Numbered from the stretch's first letter, positions 27,595 through 38,205 are shown. The stretch: 64,000 bases of DNA from an uncultured Collinsella sp. (GCA_902466735.1 CABQSB010000009.1:21352-85351); one strand, 5' to 3'. Notes: generated by a model from the letters alone, not told the origin. Numbers and translations are program-made.

Positions 27595-28254
27595 GTGAAC
27601 GAAGAACCTCAAGTCCTCTACTGCGACGCCTGGCTCATGGCCATCGACAAGCCTGCCGGCATGATCATCCACGGCGATGGCACCGGCGAGCGTACACTCA
27701 CCGACTACGCCAGCGACCTGCTGCTGGCGATGGGCGACGGCTTTGCCGCGACCGACATGCAGCCGCTCAACCGCTTGGACCGTGACACCACCGGCGTGGT
27801 GCTGTTCTCACTCGACAAGCAGACGCAGCCCGCCTTTGACCAGATGATCATCGACCACGCGTTCGAAAAGCACTACCTGGCGCTGGCCGAGGGCAAGATC
27901 GACTGGAACGAAAAGCTCATCGACAAGCCCATCGCCCGCGACCGTCACGACAGTCGAAAGATGCGCGTCGGCGCCAGCGGCAAGCCGTCTCAAACACGCG
28001 TAAAGGTGCTCAAGCGTCTTAAGAGCCGTCGAGGCCTGCCCACGCGCTCGTATATTGATGTCGAGCTGCTCACCGGCCGCAAGCACCAGATCCGCGTACA
28101 TCTGGCCAGCGAGCGCCATCCCCTGGTGGGCGATGACCTGTACGGAACGCCGCGTCCCTGCGGCCTGATGCTCCACGCCCACAGCGTGTCCTTCACGCAT
28201 CCCGTAACCGGCGAGCACATTCACATCGAAGCCCCTTGCCCCTGGGAGCCCTAA
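27595..28254 (+). CDS. RluA-family pseudouridine synthase
   Basis: 219 aa. Catalytic Asp motif NRLDRDTTGVVLF. HQIRVH motif. Confidence 0.85.
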   Translation: MNEEPQVLYCDAWLMAIDKPAGMIIHGDGTGERTLTDYASDLLLAMGDGFAATDMQPLNRLDRDTTGVVLFSLDKQTQPAFDQMIIDHAFEKHYLALAEGKIDWNEKLIDKPIARDRHDSRKMRVGASGKPSQTRVKVLKRLKSRRGLPTRSYIDVELLTGRKHQIRVHLASERHPLVGDDLYGTPRPCGLMLHAHSVSFTHPVTGEHIHIEAPCPWEP

Positions 28255-28302
28255 AACCTGCCGAAAAGGGACAGGTTTATTTTGGCAGGTTTTATCTGGG
28301 CA
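28254..28302 (+). repeat. solo copy of a ~48-bp hairpin-forming repeat (ACCTGCCRAAAAGGGACAGGTTTATTTTGGYMGGTTTTATCTGGG), followed by a second terminator-like hairpin
   Basis: Same sequence recurs at 55648 (+) and 57457 (-). Here it sits between convergent rluA-like and deoR genes. Confidence 0.7.
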
Positions 28303-28371
28303 AACGTCAAAACCACCACAAAGGTTCCTGCCCCTTCGCGGTGGTTTTGGCCCTTAGCCGGTCCCCTGTTG

Positions 28372-29118
28372 CTAGACCGTGACGACGTTGTCCATTGCCC
28401 GGTACTTGGCGGGGACCTCGCCTGCGGTAATAATCGTTGCATCGCGGAAGTCCGCGAACTTGACGGGCGCCACCATGCCAAATTTACTGGCGTCCGAGAT
28501 TACGAAGCGCTTGGCCGTATGGCGCATCGAGATACGCTTGACCTGTGCCTCCTCGATATCGGGCGTCGTAAAGCCCTGCTCGGCGGCAATGCCGTTGGAA
28601 CCCCAAAAGCCGCAGTTGAAGTTATATCGGTCTAGAGTTGCCAAGGCATCGGGGCCAACGAGCGCCTCGGTCTCGGGTTTGAGCTCGCCGCCCAGCACCA
28701 CGGTACGCATGCCGCGCAAAGCGAGATGCTGAGCATGGAGCACGGAATCAGTCACATAGGTGACCCCTTCGAGATGCGGAAGATGCTCGATGAGCCTGAG
28801 CGTCGTCGAACCCGAATCGATGTACACAAAGCTCTCGGGCTCTACCAGCGCCGCCGCACGGGCGCAGATACGTTCCTTGTCGTCGTTATGGAGATCGCTG
28901 CGCTCATTAAGCGTTAGGTCGCGCGTCACGTGCGCGCGCTCAAGGCTCGTCGCCCCACCGTGCACCTTGGCGACACGGTGTACTCGGTCGAGCGTCTGCA
29001 GGTCGCGCCGAATGGTAGACGCCGTCACGCCCAGGGCTTCGGCAAGCTCCGGCACGGTAACCGAGCCGGCCTGCTGAACCATCGACACGATCGCGTTGAG
29101 CCTATCTTCCGCAAGCAT
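28372..29118 (-). CDS. DeoR-family transcriptional regulator
   Basis: 248 aa. N-terminal HTH (VTVPELAEALGVTASTIRRDLQTLD) and DeoR C-terminal sugar-phosphate-binding domain pattern. Confidence 0.8.
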   Translation of the reverse strand: MLAEDRLNAIVSMVQQAGSVTVPELAEALGVTASTIRRDLQTLDRVHRVAKVHGGATSLERAHVTRDLTLNERSDLHNDDKERICARAAALVEPESFVYIDSGSTTLRLIEHLPHLEGVTYVTDSVLHAQHLALRGMRTVVLGGELKPETEALVGPDALATLDRYNFNCGFWGSNGIAAEQGFTTPDIEEAQVKRISMRHTAKRFVISDASKFGMVAPVKFADFRDATIITAGEVPAKYRAMDNVVTV

Positions 29119-29121
29119 CGC

Positions 29122-30201
29122 TTACTCCTCCTCGGGGTACACGACTCCCCAATCGGCGCGAAGCATGGTCATAAGCTCCATAACATCAGAAGCATAATCC
29201 AGAAGCTCGCGCTTGGAGTCGTCGCCGGCAACGGCCTTCTCAAGATCGGCCATCTCATAACACAGGGCGTAAGCCTCGGTGCCTGCGTGGACCTCCTCGC
29301 GGTGGCCGTCCGCAGTCCACACGATGGTCGCGTGATCGGCACGCGGATATTCGTTGACCTCGATGTAGCACTTGTCAAAGCTGATGACCGAGCGCTTGGG
29401 CTGCTTGGAGTGAAGCGTAAGGCTCACGACGCCCAGCTGCTGCTCGGCATTGCGGCAGACGATGCCGCCCGCAACATCGACGCCAGTCTCGCAGGTGTTG
29501 CCTAGAGACACAACCTCGGCGGGCTGGCTCGCCATAAACAGGCGCATGACGGACAGGGCATACACACCAATATCGAGCATGGCACCGCCGGCAAGGTTGC
29601 GATTGTAGAAACGGTTGGTCAGGTCGCCGTACTCCTTGTAGCTACCAAAGTTGAGCTGAGCGAGGTTCATGCGGCCGAACTCGCCGGCATCCATGCGACG
29701 ACGCAGCTCCTGATACAAGGGCATATGAAGCACCGTGGTAGCGTCCATAAGGACAACGTTGTGCTCGGCGGCAATGGCACGGGCCTCATCGAGTTCAGCG
29801 GAATTGAGGGTAATGGCCTTCTCGCAGAGCACGTGCTTGCCGGCTGCCAGGGCAGCGCGCAGATAGGTGATATGAGTGTTGTGCGGGGTAGTGATGTAGA
29901 CGGCGTCGATGCCAGGATCGGCGTAGAGGTCCTCAACCGTGTCGTAGACCTTCTCGATGCCATACTGCTCGGCAAAAGCCTGAGCCTTGGACAGCGTACG
30001 GTTGGCGACGCCCGCAAGCTTGCGACCGGCAAGAGCAAGGGACTGAGCCATCTGGTTGGCGATAACGCCGCAACCGATGACGGCCCAATGGAGCTCGGGA
30101 GCCGTAAAAATATCGTCGGGGAACGGCTTGTCCTGGACCGAAGCGAACGCTGCCTTAGCGGCTGCCGCAGCGTCGAGCGGAGCCTGTTTGGAATCTGCCA
30201 T
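29122..30201 (-). CDS. Gfo/Idh/MocA-family NAD(P)-dependent oxidoreductase
   Basis: Start trimmed to MADSKQAPL (AGGAGG RBS). Rossmann motif VIGCGVIANQ. EKP-like motif CEKA. Stop 4 nt from the deoR start, so probably one operon. Confidence 0.8.
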   Translation of the reverse strand: MADSKQAPLDAAAAAKAAFASVQDKPFPDDIFTAPELHWAVIGCGVIANQMAQSLALAGRKLAGVANRTLSKAQAFAEQYGIEKVYDTVEDLYADPGIDAVYITTPHNTHITYLRAALAAGKHVLCEKAITLNSAELDEARAIAAEHNVVLMDATTVLHMPLYQELRRRMDAGEFGRMNLAQLNFGSYKEYGDLTNRFYNRNLAGGAMLDIGVYALSVMRLFMASQPAEVVSLGNTCETGVDVAGGIVCRNAEQQLGVVSLTLHSKQPKRSVISFDKCYIEVNEYPRADHATIVWTADGHREEVHAGTEAYALCYEMADLEKAVAGDDSKRELLDYASDVMELMTMLRADWGVVYPEEE

Positions 30202-30649
30202 ATGTGCCTCCTGAATCATGGAGCGTCTTGCATTTCTGACGGCTCTATAATCGCACGGATGCGCGTGTATGTGCGTGCTTCTGCGTGTATTACCGCTAAA
30301 TGGTCATTATTTAGCCATAGTTGGCAGATGTTTGCGCGGCTATGCGCATTATCGCGCAAGGCTATGCGCGTAAATGCGCGTGCGACGATCCTTGTGAAAC
30401 ATAAAGGGGCGGAACACCAAAGCCCTAAAAGACAGAGCCAGCTGTATTACTTCACCCCTCTGGGGGCACCAGACATCAAAGGACCGTCCCAAACTGCCGG
30501 CACATAGGGACTGTCCCCCAACGACTGGTCATTTAAGTCTGTCCCCAATAAATGGTCCCCAATGAATACCAAGCGACAGCCACTCATTTGAACTGCATCC
30601 CATTTCTTGGACTTTGAAATTAAGGTTCGAGAAAAGGGAGGCATCGGAA

Positions 30650-31159
30650 ATGCCCCGCAGGAAGAAGGCAAGATACGGTCGCGAGATGAGGGCACGCGCC
30701 GCCGACCTGTTCGAGGCCGGCCTCGGCTTCGAACTCGCGGCCAAGAGGCTCGACGTTCCCGCCCCGGCGGTGAGAAAATGGCTCTACGCGTACCGGGCAA
30801 CCGGGAGGAAGGGGCTGATCGGGATGGGCGAGAGCCGCAGGACCTACGACATGGAGACCAAGCTCGCCGTCGCGAGGGCCGTCGTGGACGAGGGGATGCC
30901 GCGGTCGGCGGCGATGGCCCGCTTCGGCATCGCCGCCGCCACATCGCTCGACCGCTGGTGCAGGCTGTACCGCGAGGGCGGGCCGGAGGCGCTCGAGCCG
31001 GGACGCCGCGGCAGGCCGGAGGGCCCCGGGGGGCGGACGCGCGAGCGGGAGCTCGAGGAGCGCGTGCGCAAACTCGAGGCCCAGGTGGCGTATCTAAAAA
31101 AATCGATAGCCCTGAAAGCGGAGAAGAGCTCTCAAACTGGGAGAAAGCCCAGGTCGTAG
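30650..31159 (+). CDS. IS3-family transposase OrfA (HTH plus leucine zipper)
   Basis: MPRRKKARYGREMRARAADLFEAGLGFELAAKRLDVPAPAVRKWL... AGGGAGG RBS. Ends shortly after the A7 slippery site. Confidence 0.85.
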   Translation: MPRRKKARYGREMRARAADLFEAGLGFELAAKRLDVPAPAVRKWLYAYRATGRKGLIGMGESRRTYDMETKLAVARAVVDEGMPRSAAMARFGIAAATSLDRWCRLYREGGPEALEPGRRGRPEGPGGRTRERELEERVRKLEAQVAYLKKSIALKAEKSSQTGRKPRS

Positions 31160-32007
31160 CCTCCCTTTCAGGGCACCACCGCCTATGCGACCTGCTCGCG
31201 GCCGCGCGGCTCGCGCCGTCGAGCTACCACTATGCCGTGGCGCACCCGCCGAGAGCGACCCGGCCAGAGCTCCGGGGGGCCGTGCGCGAGATCTTCTCGA
31301 GGACGGCGAACGGGTGCGGCCACCGCCAGATAGCGATGTGCCTGAGGGCCGAGCTGGGCGCGAGGATAGCGGACAAGACGGTCCTCAAGATGATGCGGGA
31401 GCTCGGCATCCGCTGCGGCATCCGCCGGGAGACCGACTACCATCGCTACAACTCCTACCGCGGCCCGGTCGGCGAGAGATTCGACAACCTGATAGCGCGT
31501 GACTTTCGCGCGGGCGCCCCGTGGGAGAAGCTCGGGACCGACGTCACGGAATTCAGGCAGCCCTGGGGCAAGGCGTACTTCGCCCCGGTCTACGACTTCT
31601 GCACGAAGGAGATCGTCTCCTGGTCGGTGTCGACGAGCCCGGACATGGCCCAGCAGGAGGAGGTGCTCAGGCGCCTGTTCGCGAGGATGCCGGCCGGGGC
31701 CTCGCCGATCGTCCACAGCGACATGGGCCGGCAGTACCAGCACCCCAGGTGGACCGGCGAGCTCAGGAGGCACGGCGCCAGGCAGAGCATGTCGAGAAAG
31801 GGCAACTGCCTAGACAACGGGGCGACGGAGCAGGTGTTCGGGCATCTCAAGGACGAGTTCTTCAGGGGCGTCGAGTGGGCCGACTTCGAGTCCTTCAAGA
31901 GGGACCTCGACGCCTACGTCGTGCATTGGAACACGAGGCGTCGCCAGGTGGCGCTCGGCGGCCTCACCCCGGTGGAGTTTCGGAAACGGCTATTGAAAGC
32001 GTCCTAG
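31096..32007 (+). CDS. IS3-family transposase OrfB (DDE integrase core), expressed by -1 frameshift from orfA at A_AAA_AAA (about 31096-31102)
   Basis: rve-type catalytic region (...HSDMGRQYQ...SRKGNCLDNGATEQVFGHLKDE...). Frame is -1 relative to orfA and overlaps it. Confidence 0.8.
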   Translation, partial: KKIDSPESGEELSNWEKAQVVASLSGHHRLCDLLAAARLAPSSYHYAVAHPPRATRPELRGAVREIFSRTANGCGHRQIAMCLRAELGARIADKTVLKMMRELGIRCGIRRETDYHRYNSYRGPVGERFDNLIARDFRAGAPWEKLGTDVTEFRQPWGKAYFAPVYDFCTKEIVSWSVSTSPDMAQQEEVLRRLFARMPAGASPIVHSDMGRQYQHPRWTGELRRHGARQSMSRKGNCLDNGATEQVFGHLKDEFFRGVEWADFESFKRDLDAYVVHWNTRRRQVALGGLTPVEFRKRLLKAS

Positions 32008-32093
32008 TGTTCGCTTCTAATAAAGAAGGCCAAGATTCGGGACGCAGTTCAATTTAAGTCTGTCCCCAATGAGTACCCAAAGAGTTAGGATAG

Positions 32094-32130
32094 AAAAAGG
32101 CCCGGGTGCCGTGGGGCATCCGGGCCTTTG
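32094..32130 (-). terminator. intrinsic terminator downstream of rplX (GGCCCGG...CCGGGCC stem followed by UUUUUCUAUC on the minus strand)
   Basis: Hairpin and U-tract read on the minus strand, directly after the rplX stop and next to the IS3 right end. Confidence 0.7.
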
Positions 32131-32155
32131 CTAGCAACTTGATGTTGCGGGCAGC

Positions 32156-32461
32156 TTAGAACTTGTGGCCGCACTTCTTGCAGACGCGCAGCTTGTTCTT
32201 GCCGTCCTTCTCGTGACCGACGCGGGTAACCTTACCGCACTCGGGGCAGACGAGATTGACGTTGGAGGCATCGATGGGAGCCTCCTGCGAAACGATGCCG
32301 CCCTGCTGGTTGGCAGCGTTGGGCTTGACGGCCTTCTTGACGACCGAAACGCCCTCGACAACGACCTTGTTCTCGGCGGGGAAAGCACGCAGGATAACGC
32401 CCTGCTTGCCGCGATCCTTACCAGAGAGAACCTGGACCTTATCGCCCTTCTTGATATACAT
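32156..32461 (-). CDS. rplX: 50S ribosomal protein L24, with cysteine-containing (CxxC...CxxC) C-terminal tail
   Basis: [21 protein letters not shown]... is the L24 KOW N-terminus. C-terminus [30 protein letters not shown] carries four Cys. Confidence 0.9.
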   Translation of the reverse strand: MYIKKGDKVQVLSGKDRGKQGVILRAFPAENKVVVEGVSVVKKAVKPNAANQQGGIVSQEAPIDASNVNLVCPECGKVTRVGHEKDGKNKLRVCKKCGHKF

Positions 32462-32474
32462 ATATCTCCCCTAA

Positions 32475-32843
32475 CTACAGGGTCTCGGGAGCGAGCGAGA
32501 CGATCTTCATGTACTTCTTGTCACGAAGCTCGCGAGCGACGGGCCCGAAGATACGGGTGCCGACGGGCGAACCATCGTTGTTGATGACAACGCAGGCGTT
32601 CTCATCAAAGCGAATGTAGGAGCCATCCTTGCGGCGGATCTCCTTAACGGTGCGAACGACGACGCAACGGACAACGTCCTTCTTCTTGACGTTGGCGCCA
32701 GGGGTAGCCTCCTGGACAGCACCGATGAACACATCGCCGATGCCTGCATAACGACGCTTGGAACCGCCAAGCACCTTGATGCAGCGAATCTTGCGAGCGC
32801 CGGAGTTGTCGGCGACGTTCAGCATGGTTTGCATCTGAATCAT
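32475..32843 (-). CDS. rplN: 50S ribosomal protein L14
   Basis: [31 protein letters not shown]... canonical L14. Confidence 0.95.
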   Translation of the reverse strand: MIQMQTMLNVADNSGARKIRCIKVLGGSKRRYAGIGDVFIGAVQEATPGANVKKKDVVRCVVVRTVKEIRRKDGSYIRFDENACVVINNDGSPVGTRIFGPVARELRDKKYMKIVSLAPETL

Positions 32844-32961
32844 GGTAGATGTTCCTCCGAACTAAGAACCGAAGAGAGGTGCGCAGCCTTTATACGGCCT
32901 GTGGTATGCAAGCCAGGCATACGCACATCTTCGGAAACGTACAAGTCGTAAGAGCGACTGC

Positions 32962-33222
32962 TTATTTAGCGCGCTCGACGACCTCGATGAGGCGCCAACG
33001 CTTCATCTTGGACATAGGACGGGTCTCCATAACGCGGACGGTATCGCCCACGCCAGCCGTGCACTCCTCGTCGTGAGCGTGCAGCTTCTTGGAGCTGGTC
33101 ATCATCTTGCCGTACTTGGCGTGACGCTTGCGCTCGGTGACGGTGACAACGATGGTCTTGGCACCGGAGACGGAGGTAACGACACCCGTACGGACCTTAC
33201 GCGTGTTACGCGAATCAGTCAT
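32962..33222 (-). CDS. rpsQ: 30S ribosomal protein S17
   Basis: 86 aa. RKVRTGVVTSVSGAKTIVVTVERKRHAKYGK... S17 pattern. Confidence 0.9.
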   Translation of the reverse strand: MTDSRNTRKVRTGVVTSVSGAKTIVVTVTERKRHAKYGKMMTSSKKLHAHDEECTAGVGDTVRVMETRPMSKMKRWRLIEVVERAK

Positions 33223-33238
33223 GTTCTCTCCTTAGGTC

Positions 33239-33454
33239 CTACTCGGCGACAGCGGACTTCTCCGCTGCGATCTCGCGGGCGCGCTGCTCCGTGAGGACGC
33301 GAGCGATGTCCTTCTTCACGGTGTTGACGCGAGCGGTGTTGTCCAGCTGGCTAGTGGCCATCTGGAAACGAAGGTTAAAGAGCTCGGCGCGCATTTCCTT
33401 CAGCTTCTCAACGAGCTGAGCGTCCGAGAGCTCACGAATCTCTGCGGGCTTCAT
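33239..33454 (-). CDS. rpmC: 50S ribosomal protein L29
   Basis: 71 aa. [31 protein letters not shown]... L29 pattern. Confidence 0.9.
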   Translation of the reverse strand: MKPAEIRELSDAQLVEKLKEMRAELFNLRFQMATSQLDNTARVNTVKKDIARVLTEQRAREIAAEKSAVAE

Positions 33455-33957
33455 TAGTTCTCCTCCTTGGCGGCGGCGGCGTCCTCAGCAGCCCACTTGG
33501 CCTCGAGAGCGGCCTCCTCAGCCATTTCCTTCTCGATGCGCTGCTCAGCGTTCTTGGCAACCACAATCTTGGTCTTGATGGGGAGCTTGTGCTGAGCAAG
33601 ACGCAGAGCCTCGCGAGCGACCTCCTCGGGCACGCCCTTGACCTCGAACATGATGCGGCCGGGCTTGACGACGGCCACCCACTCCTCGGGGTTACCCTTA
33701 CCAGAACCCATGCGAGTCTCGGCAGGCTTCTTGGTGATGGGCTTATCGGGGAAGATCGTGATGTAGACACGACCGCCACGCTTCATGTAGCGGGTCATGG
33801 CAATACGAGCGGCCTCGATCTGACGGTTGGTGATCCAATGGGCCTCGAGAGCCTGGATACCAAACTCGCCGAAATGCAGCTCGGTATTACCCTTGGCCTG
33901 GCCCTTCATGGAGCCACGCTGCACCTTGCGGTGAAGAATACGCTTAGGGGCAAGCAC
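33454..33957 (-). CDS. rplP: 50S ribosomal protein L16, with about 30-aa Ala/Glu-rich C-terminal extension
   Basis: [19 protein letters not shown]... canonical L16. Confidence 0.93.
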   Translation of the reverse strand: MLAPKRILHRKVQRGSMKGQAKGNTELHFGEFGIQALEAHWITNRQIEAARIAMTRYMKRGGRVYITIFPDKPITKKPAETRMGSGKGNPEEWVAVVKPGRIMFEVKGVPEEVAREALRLAQHKLPIKTKIVVAKNAEQRIEKEMAEEAALEAKWAAEDAAAAKEEN

Positions 33958-34667
33958 TACTGACCCCTCCTCTCGGAGTTACGACGACGAGGACGGGAAG
34001 AGCCCTCGAGTGCAGGGTTGGGAACAGGCTGGCCCGGGAGCTTCTCGCCCAGGTAGATCCAGACCTTCACGCCGCAAGCGCCCATGGTGGTGCTGGCGAC
34101 AGCCGTGCCGTAGTCGATCTTGGCACGGAGGGTGTGCAGAGGCACGCGACCCTCACGGTACCACTCACGACGGCCCATCTCGGCACCGCCGAGACGACCG
34201 GAGCACTGGATACGGATGCCCTTAGCGCCGGCCTTGCGGGCAGACTGGACAGCCTTACGCATAGCGCGACGGAAGGCAACGCGGCCCTCGAGCTGCTCGG
34301 CGATAGACTGAGCAACGAGGTTGGCGTCGAGCTCGGGGCGCTTGATCTCGACAACGTCGACGGAGAGCTGGCCCTTGGAGACGCCAGCGACCTTCTCGAG
34401 CTCGGTGCGGAGGGTATCGATCTCGGCACCCTTCTTACCGATGACAACGCCGGGGCGAGCGGTGAGGATGATGACCTTCACCTTGTCGCCAGCGCGCTCG
34501 ATCTCGACGCGGGAGACAGCTGCGCGGGAAAGACGCTTCTCGAGGTACTTGCGGATCTCGAGATCGTTACCGAGGGTCTTAGCGTAATCCTTCTCTGCGA
34601 ACCAGCGGGAGCGCCAGTTCTCGGTGATGCCAAGACGGAAGCCGGTGGGGTAGACTTTCTGACCCAT
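33957..34667 (-). CDS. rpsC: 30S ribosomal protein S3, with Arg-rich C-terminal extension
   Basis: [24 protein letters not shown]... canonical S3. Confidence 0.95.
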   Translation of the reverse strand: MGQKVYPTGFRLGITENWRSRWFAEKDYAKTLGNDLEIRKYLEKRLSRAAVSRVEIERAGDKVKVIILTARPGVVIGKKGAEIDTLRTELEKVAGVSKGQLSVDVVEIKRPELDANLVAQSIAEQLEGRVAFRRAMRKAVQSARKAGAKGIRIQCSGRLGGAEMGRREWYREGRVPLHTLRAKIDYGTAVASTTMGACGVKVWIYLGEKLPGQPVPNPALEGSSRPRRRNSERRGQ

Positions 34668-34673
34668 ACAGCT

Positions 34674-35045
34674 TTACGCCTCCTTTCGAGGAGCAACGAC
34701 GACGGTGATGTGGGAAGTACGCTTCAGAATGCGAGAAGCGGAACCCTTGGCGCGGGGACGGATGCGCTTAAGCGTCGGACCCTCGTCAACATAGGCAGCG
34801 GCGACAACCAGGTTGTCGGCACGCAGACCGTTGTTGTTCTCGGCGTTCGCAACGGCGGAACGGAGAACCTTCTCGACATCCACGGCGACGGCGCGGTCGC
34901 AGAAGTGGAGGATGTCGAAGGCCTGAGCGACAGGCTTGCGGCGGATCAGATCGACCACCAGGCGGGCCTTGCTGGGGGAAACACGCACGTACTTAGCGAC
35001 GGCGCGAACCTCGGTGGCCTCAGTTTCAATAGACTTAGTTGCCAT
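34674..35045 (-). CDS. rplV: 50S ribosomal protein L22
   Basis: 123 aa. L22 pattern ([28 protein letters not shown]). Confidence 0.93.
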   Translation of the reverse strand: MATKSIETEATEVRAVAKYVRVSPSKARLVVDLIRRKPVAQAFDILHFCDRAVAVDVEKVLRSAVANAENNNGLRADNLVVAAAYVDEGPTLKRIRPRAKGSASRILKRTSHITVVVAPRKEA

Positions 35046-35059
35046 TTACGGTTAACCCC

Positions 35060-35320
35060 CTATTTGGCCTTGTGGCCACGGAACGTACGAGTCGGCGCGA
35101 ACTCGCCGAGCTTGTGACCAACCATGGACTCGGTAACATACACGGGCACATGCTTGCGGCCGTCGTGGACGGCGATGGTGTGACCAACCATCTCGGGGAA
35201 GATGGTGGACGCGCGGGACCAGGTCTTCACGACGTCCTTCTTGCCAGCCTCGTTCATCGCGGTGATACGCGAGAGAAGGCGAGTCTCCACGAACGGGCCC
35301 TTTTTGAGACTTCTGCTCAT
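35060..35320 (-). CDS. rpsS: 30S ribosomal protein S19
   Basis: [19 protein letters not shown]... canonical S19. Confidence 0.95.
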   Translation of the reverse strand: MSRSLKKGPFVETRLLSRITAMNEAGKKDVVKTWSRASTIFPEMVGHTIAVHDGRKHVPVYVTESMVGHKLGEFAPTRTFRGHKAK

Positions 35321-35352
35321 AAGTGCTTTCTCCTAAAACTCGGTATCCGAAA

Positions 35353-36183
35353 TTACTTCTTACGGCGACGAATGATGTGCTGGTTCGAGACCTTCTTCTT
35401 CTTGCGCGTACGAAGGCCCTTCGTCGGCTTACCCCAGGGGGTAACAGAGGGACGACCAGAGGTGTGGTTCTTGCCCTCGCCACCGCCGTGCGGGTGGTCG
35501 ACAGGGTTCATGACGGTACCGCGGACGGTCGGGCGCACATTCATGTGACGCTTACGGCCGGCCTTGCCGATGACGATGTTGGCGTGATCGGCGTTGCCGA
35601 CCTCACCGACGGTGGCGCGGCAGGTAACGAGGATGCGGCGCATCTCGGAGGAAGGCATACGGACGATAGCGTACTTGCCCTCCTTACCCATCAGCTGGCA
35701 GGAGTTACCGGCGGAACGGGCGATAGCAGCGCCCTTGCCCGGCTGGAACTCGACGGCGTGAATGAGCGTACCGACGGGGATGTCGGCGAGGGGCAGAGCG
35801 TTGCCCGGCTTGATGTCGGCGTCAGAACCGGACATGATGGTCTGACCGACCTCGAGGCCCTTGGGGGCCAGGATGTAGCGCTTCTCACCGTCAGCGTAGT
35901 GCAGCAGAGCAATGCGAGCGGAACGGTTCGGATCGTACTCGATCGTGGCAACCTTGGCGGGCACGCCGTCCTTGTTGCGCTTGAAGTCGATCACGCGGTA
36001 ACGACGCTTCACGCCGCCGCCCTGGTGGCGGGTGGTGATGCGGCCGTTGTTGTTACGACCGGCCTTCTTGGGCAGGGGCTCGAGAAGAGACTTCTCGGGC
36101 TTGGTGCAGGTGATCTCGGAGAAATCGGAGATCGTCTGCCAACGCCTACCAGCGGAGGTCGGCTTAAGGTGCTTTACAGCCAT
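35353..36183 (-). CDS. rplB: 50S ribosomal protein L2
   Basis: Start trimmed to [14 protein letters not shown] (AAAGGGA RBS). 276 aa. Canonical L2. Confidence 0.93.
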   Translation of the reverse strand: MAVKHLKPTSAGRRWQTISDFSEITCTKPEKSLLEPLPKKAGRNNNGRITTRHQGGGVKRRYRVIDFKRNKDGVPAKVATIEYDPNRSARIALLHYADGEKRYILAPKGLEVGQTIMSGSDADIKPGNALPLADIPVGTLIHAVEFQPGKGAAIARSAGNSCQLMGKEGKYAIVRMPSSEMRRILVTCRATVGEVGNADHANIVIGKAGRKRHMNVRPTVRGTVMNPVDHPHGGGEGKNHTSGRPSVTPWGKPTKGLRTRKKKKVSNQHIIRRRKK

Positions 36184-36362
36184 TACAATCCCTTTCAATA
36201 GGAATCCGTTAGCCATCGCAGACAGGGATTCGAGGTTCTGCCTCGGGTGCGATGACACCGGACGTATACACGGTTCCGGGCGTGTCCATTTTATACGCCC
36301 AAAACCTTGAGCTCTCGCCTCCCCTATTTGGGAGGCATGAGCTCACTCAACAGCAGCGAGTC

Positions 36363-36650
36363 TTAGGCCTGGTTGCCAAAGACCTCGATGGTGTCGCCCT
36401 CGGCCAGCGTGACGATGGCCTTCTTCCAAGAACGGGTCTTGCCGGCGACATAGCGCACGCGCTTGGTCTTGGGCTTGACCGTCAGGGTGTTCACGCGAAC
36501 GACCTTGACGCCGAAGATCTCCTCGACAGCGTCCTTGATCTGATACTTGTTAGCATCCTTGGCGACCTCGAACGTGTACTTGTTCAGCTCCATGCCGGAG
36601 AAGGAACGCTCGGACACGATCGGACGGATGATGATCTCGTGGGCGGTCAT
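36363..36650 (-). CDS. rplW: 50S ribosomal protein L23
   Basis: 95 aa. L23 pattern (IIRPIVSERSF...). Confidence 0.9.
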   Translation of the reverse strand: MTAHEIIIRPIVSERSFSGMELNKYTFEVAKDANKYQIKDAVEEIFGVKVVRVNTLTVKPKTKRVRYVAGKTRSWKKAIVTLAEGDTIEVFGNQA

Positions 36651-37277
36651 TTATGCAAGCACCTCCCCGAAGTGAGCGGCGATGTCGGCGGGCATCAGCA
36701 CAGCGTTGTTGTTGACGAGATCGTAGGTGTTGGCCTCGTCGGCAGTGATGATGAACGTCTTGGGAATGTTGCGGAACGACAGGTAGGCGTTGACGTCCTC
36801 ATCGCGAACGATGATGGTCAGACGCTTGCCCTCAAGGCCGAGAGCCTTGAGCATGGCGACGGCAGCCTTGGTGGAAGGCTTCTCGAAGCCGTAGTCGTCG
36901 ACGAGCACAAGCTCGCCATCGGCCAGCTTGGCGGACAGCGCGGAGCGCATAGCCAGCTTGACCTCCTTGTTGTTCATACGCTTAGCGTAGGAACGGGGCT
37001 TGGGGGCGAAGACAACGCCACCGTGACGCCACTGGGCAGCACGGATGGAACCCTGGCGGGCACGGCCGGTGCCCTTCTGACGCCAAGGCTTCTTGCCGCC
37101 ACCGGAAACCTCAGAGCGGCCCTTAGCGGACTGGGTGCCCTGACGCCAAGAGGCCATCTGGCACTTGACGATGTGGTGCATAACGTGGATGTTCGGCTCG
37201 ATGCCGTACACCTCAGCGGCGAGCTCGGCCTCGGCGACCTTCTTGCCCTCGCTGTTCTTTACTTCAAACTTTGCCAT
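36651..37277 (-). CDS. rplD: 50S ribosomal protein L4
   Basis: 208 aa. L4 pattern. Stop abuts the rplW start. Confidence 0.93.
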   Translation of the reverse strand: MAKFEVKNSEGKKVAEAELAAEVYGIEPNIHVMHHIVKCQMASWRQGTQSAKGRSEVSGGGKKPWRQKGTGRARQGSIRAAQWRHGGVVFAPKPRSYAKRMNNKEVKLAMRSALSAKLADGELVLVDDYGFEKPSTKAAVAMLKALGLEGKRLTIIVRDEDVNAYLSFRNIPKTFIITADEANTYDLVNNNAVLMPADIAAHFGEVLA

Positions 37278-37323
37278 TTAAGTGTTCTCCTTGGTATGAC
37301 GCTGGGCTAAATGGGCTGGGCCC

Positions 37324-37935
37324 TTAGGCCATACGGATGGCGACGAGACCATTCTTGGCACCCGGGACAGCGCCCTTGACCAAGATGAGGTTCTGCTCGG
37401 CATCGATGCGGACAACGGAAAGGTTCTTGACGGTAACGCGCTCGTTACCCATGTGACCGGCCATCTTGACGCCCTTGAGGACGCGCGCAGGATAGGCGCA
37501 CTGACCGATAGAACCGGGGTGACGCTGGAAGTGAGAACCATGCGTCATAGGACCGCGGCGCTGACCCCAGCGCTTGATGCGACCCTGGAAGCCCTTACCC
37601 TTGGAGGTACCGATGACGTCGACCTTCTCGACATCAGCGAAATCAGCGACGGTGACGACCTCGCCGACCTTGTGCTCCTCGCCGTTCTCGACGCGGACCT
37701 CACGAAGGAAGCGGACAGGCTCGACGCCAGCCTTGGCGAAGTGACCAGCCATGGGCTTGTTCACGTTCTTGGCCTTGATGTCGCCGAAACCGATCTGGAC
37801 GGCGTCATAGCCGTCGGTTGCCTGAGTTTTAACCTGCGAGACAGCGCAGGGGCCAGCCTGGATGACCGTGACGGGAACGACGTTATCGTTCTCGTCCCAA
37901 ACTTGGGTCATGCCAATCTTGCGGCCGAGAATCAT
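37324..37935 (-). CDS. rplC: 50S ribosomal protein L3
   Basis: [37 protein letters not shown]... canonical L3. ATG chosen over the upstream TTG of the ORF track (start +/- 9 nt). Confidence 0.92.
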   Translation of the reverse strand: MILGRKIGMTQVWDENDNVVPVTVIQAGPCAVSQVKTQATDGYDAVQIGFGDIKAKNVNKPMAGHFAKAGVEPVRFLREVRVENGEEHKVGEVVTVADFADVEKVDVIGTSKGKGFQGRIKRWGQRRGPMTHGSHFQRHPGSIGQCAYPARVLKGVKMAGHMGNERVTVKNLSVVRIDAEQNLILVKGAVPGAKNGLVAIRMA

Positions 37936-38205
37936 GCTGATCAAGATATGATCCCAACTCTCGCGTGGTCTTGGGACAATGCGTACACCACCGAGCGTAC
38001 GCCCCTAGAGGACCACTACTTACACGACGTGCTCCCCAGCCTTGTATTTCGCCCGGACTACCTGACAACCCTATTAAGCAGGCATTTTGTCCAGCCAGAA
38101 TACTCCCCTGGTTACACACAGCTGTTTAGTATACACGGCTGCGGGCGTATCCATCGAGATTCATATTTCACTCACATTGTTTACGCAGGTAAAGTGCGTG
38201 GATGG

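Larger units (their letters stand above)
30589..32051 (+). mobile_element. IS3-family insertion sequence, about 1463 bp, with imperfect 26-bp terminal inverted repeats and ATT flanking direct repeat
   Basis: IRL TGAACTGCATCCCATTTCTTGGAC. IRR complement TGAACTGCGTCCCGAATCTTGGCC. ATT immediately outside both ends. Internal orfA/orfB with A7 slippery site. Confidence 0.85.
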
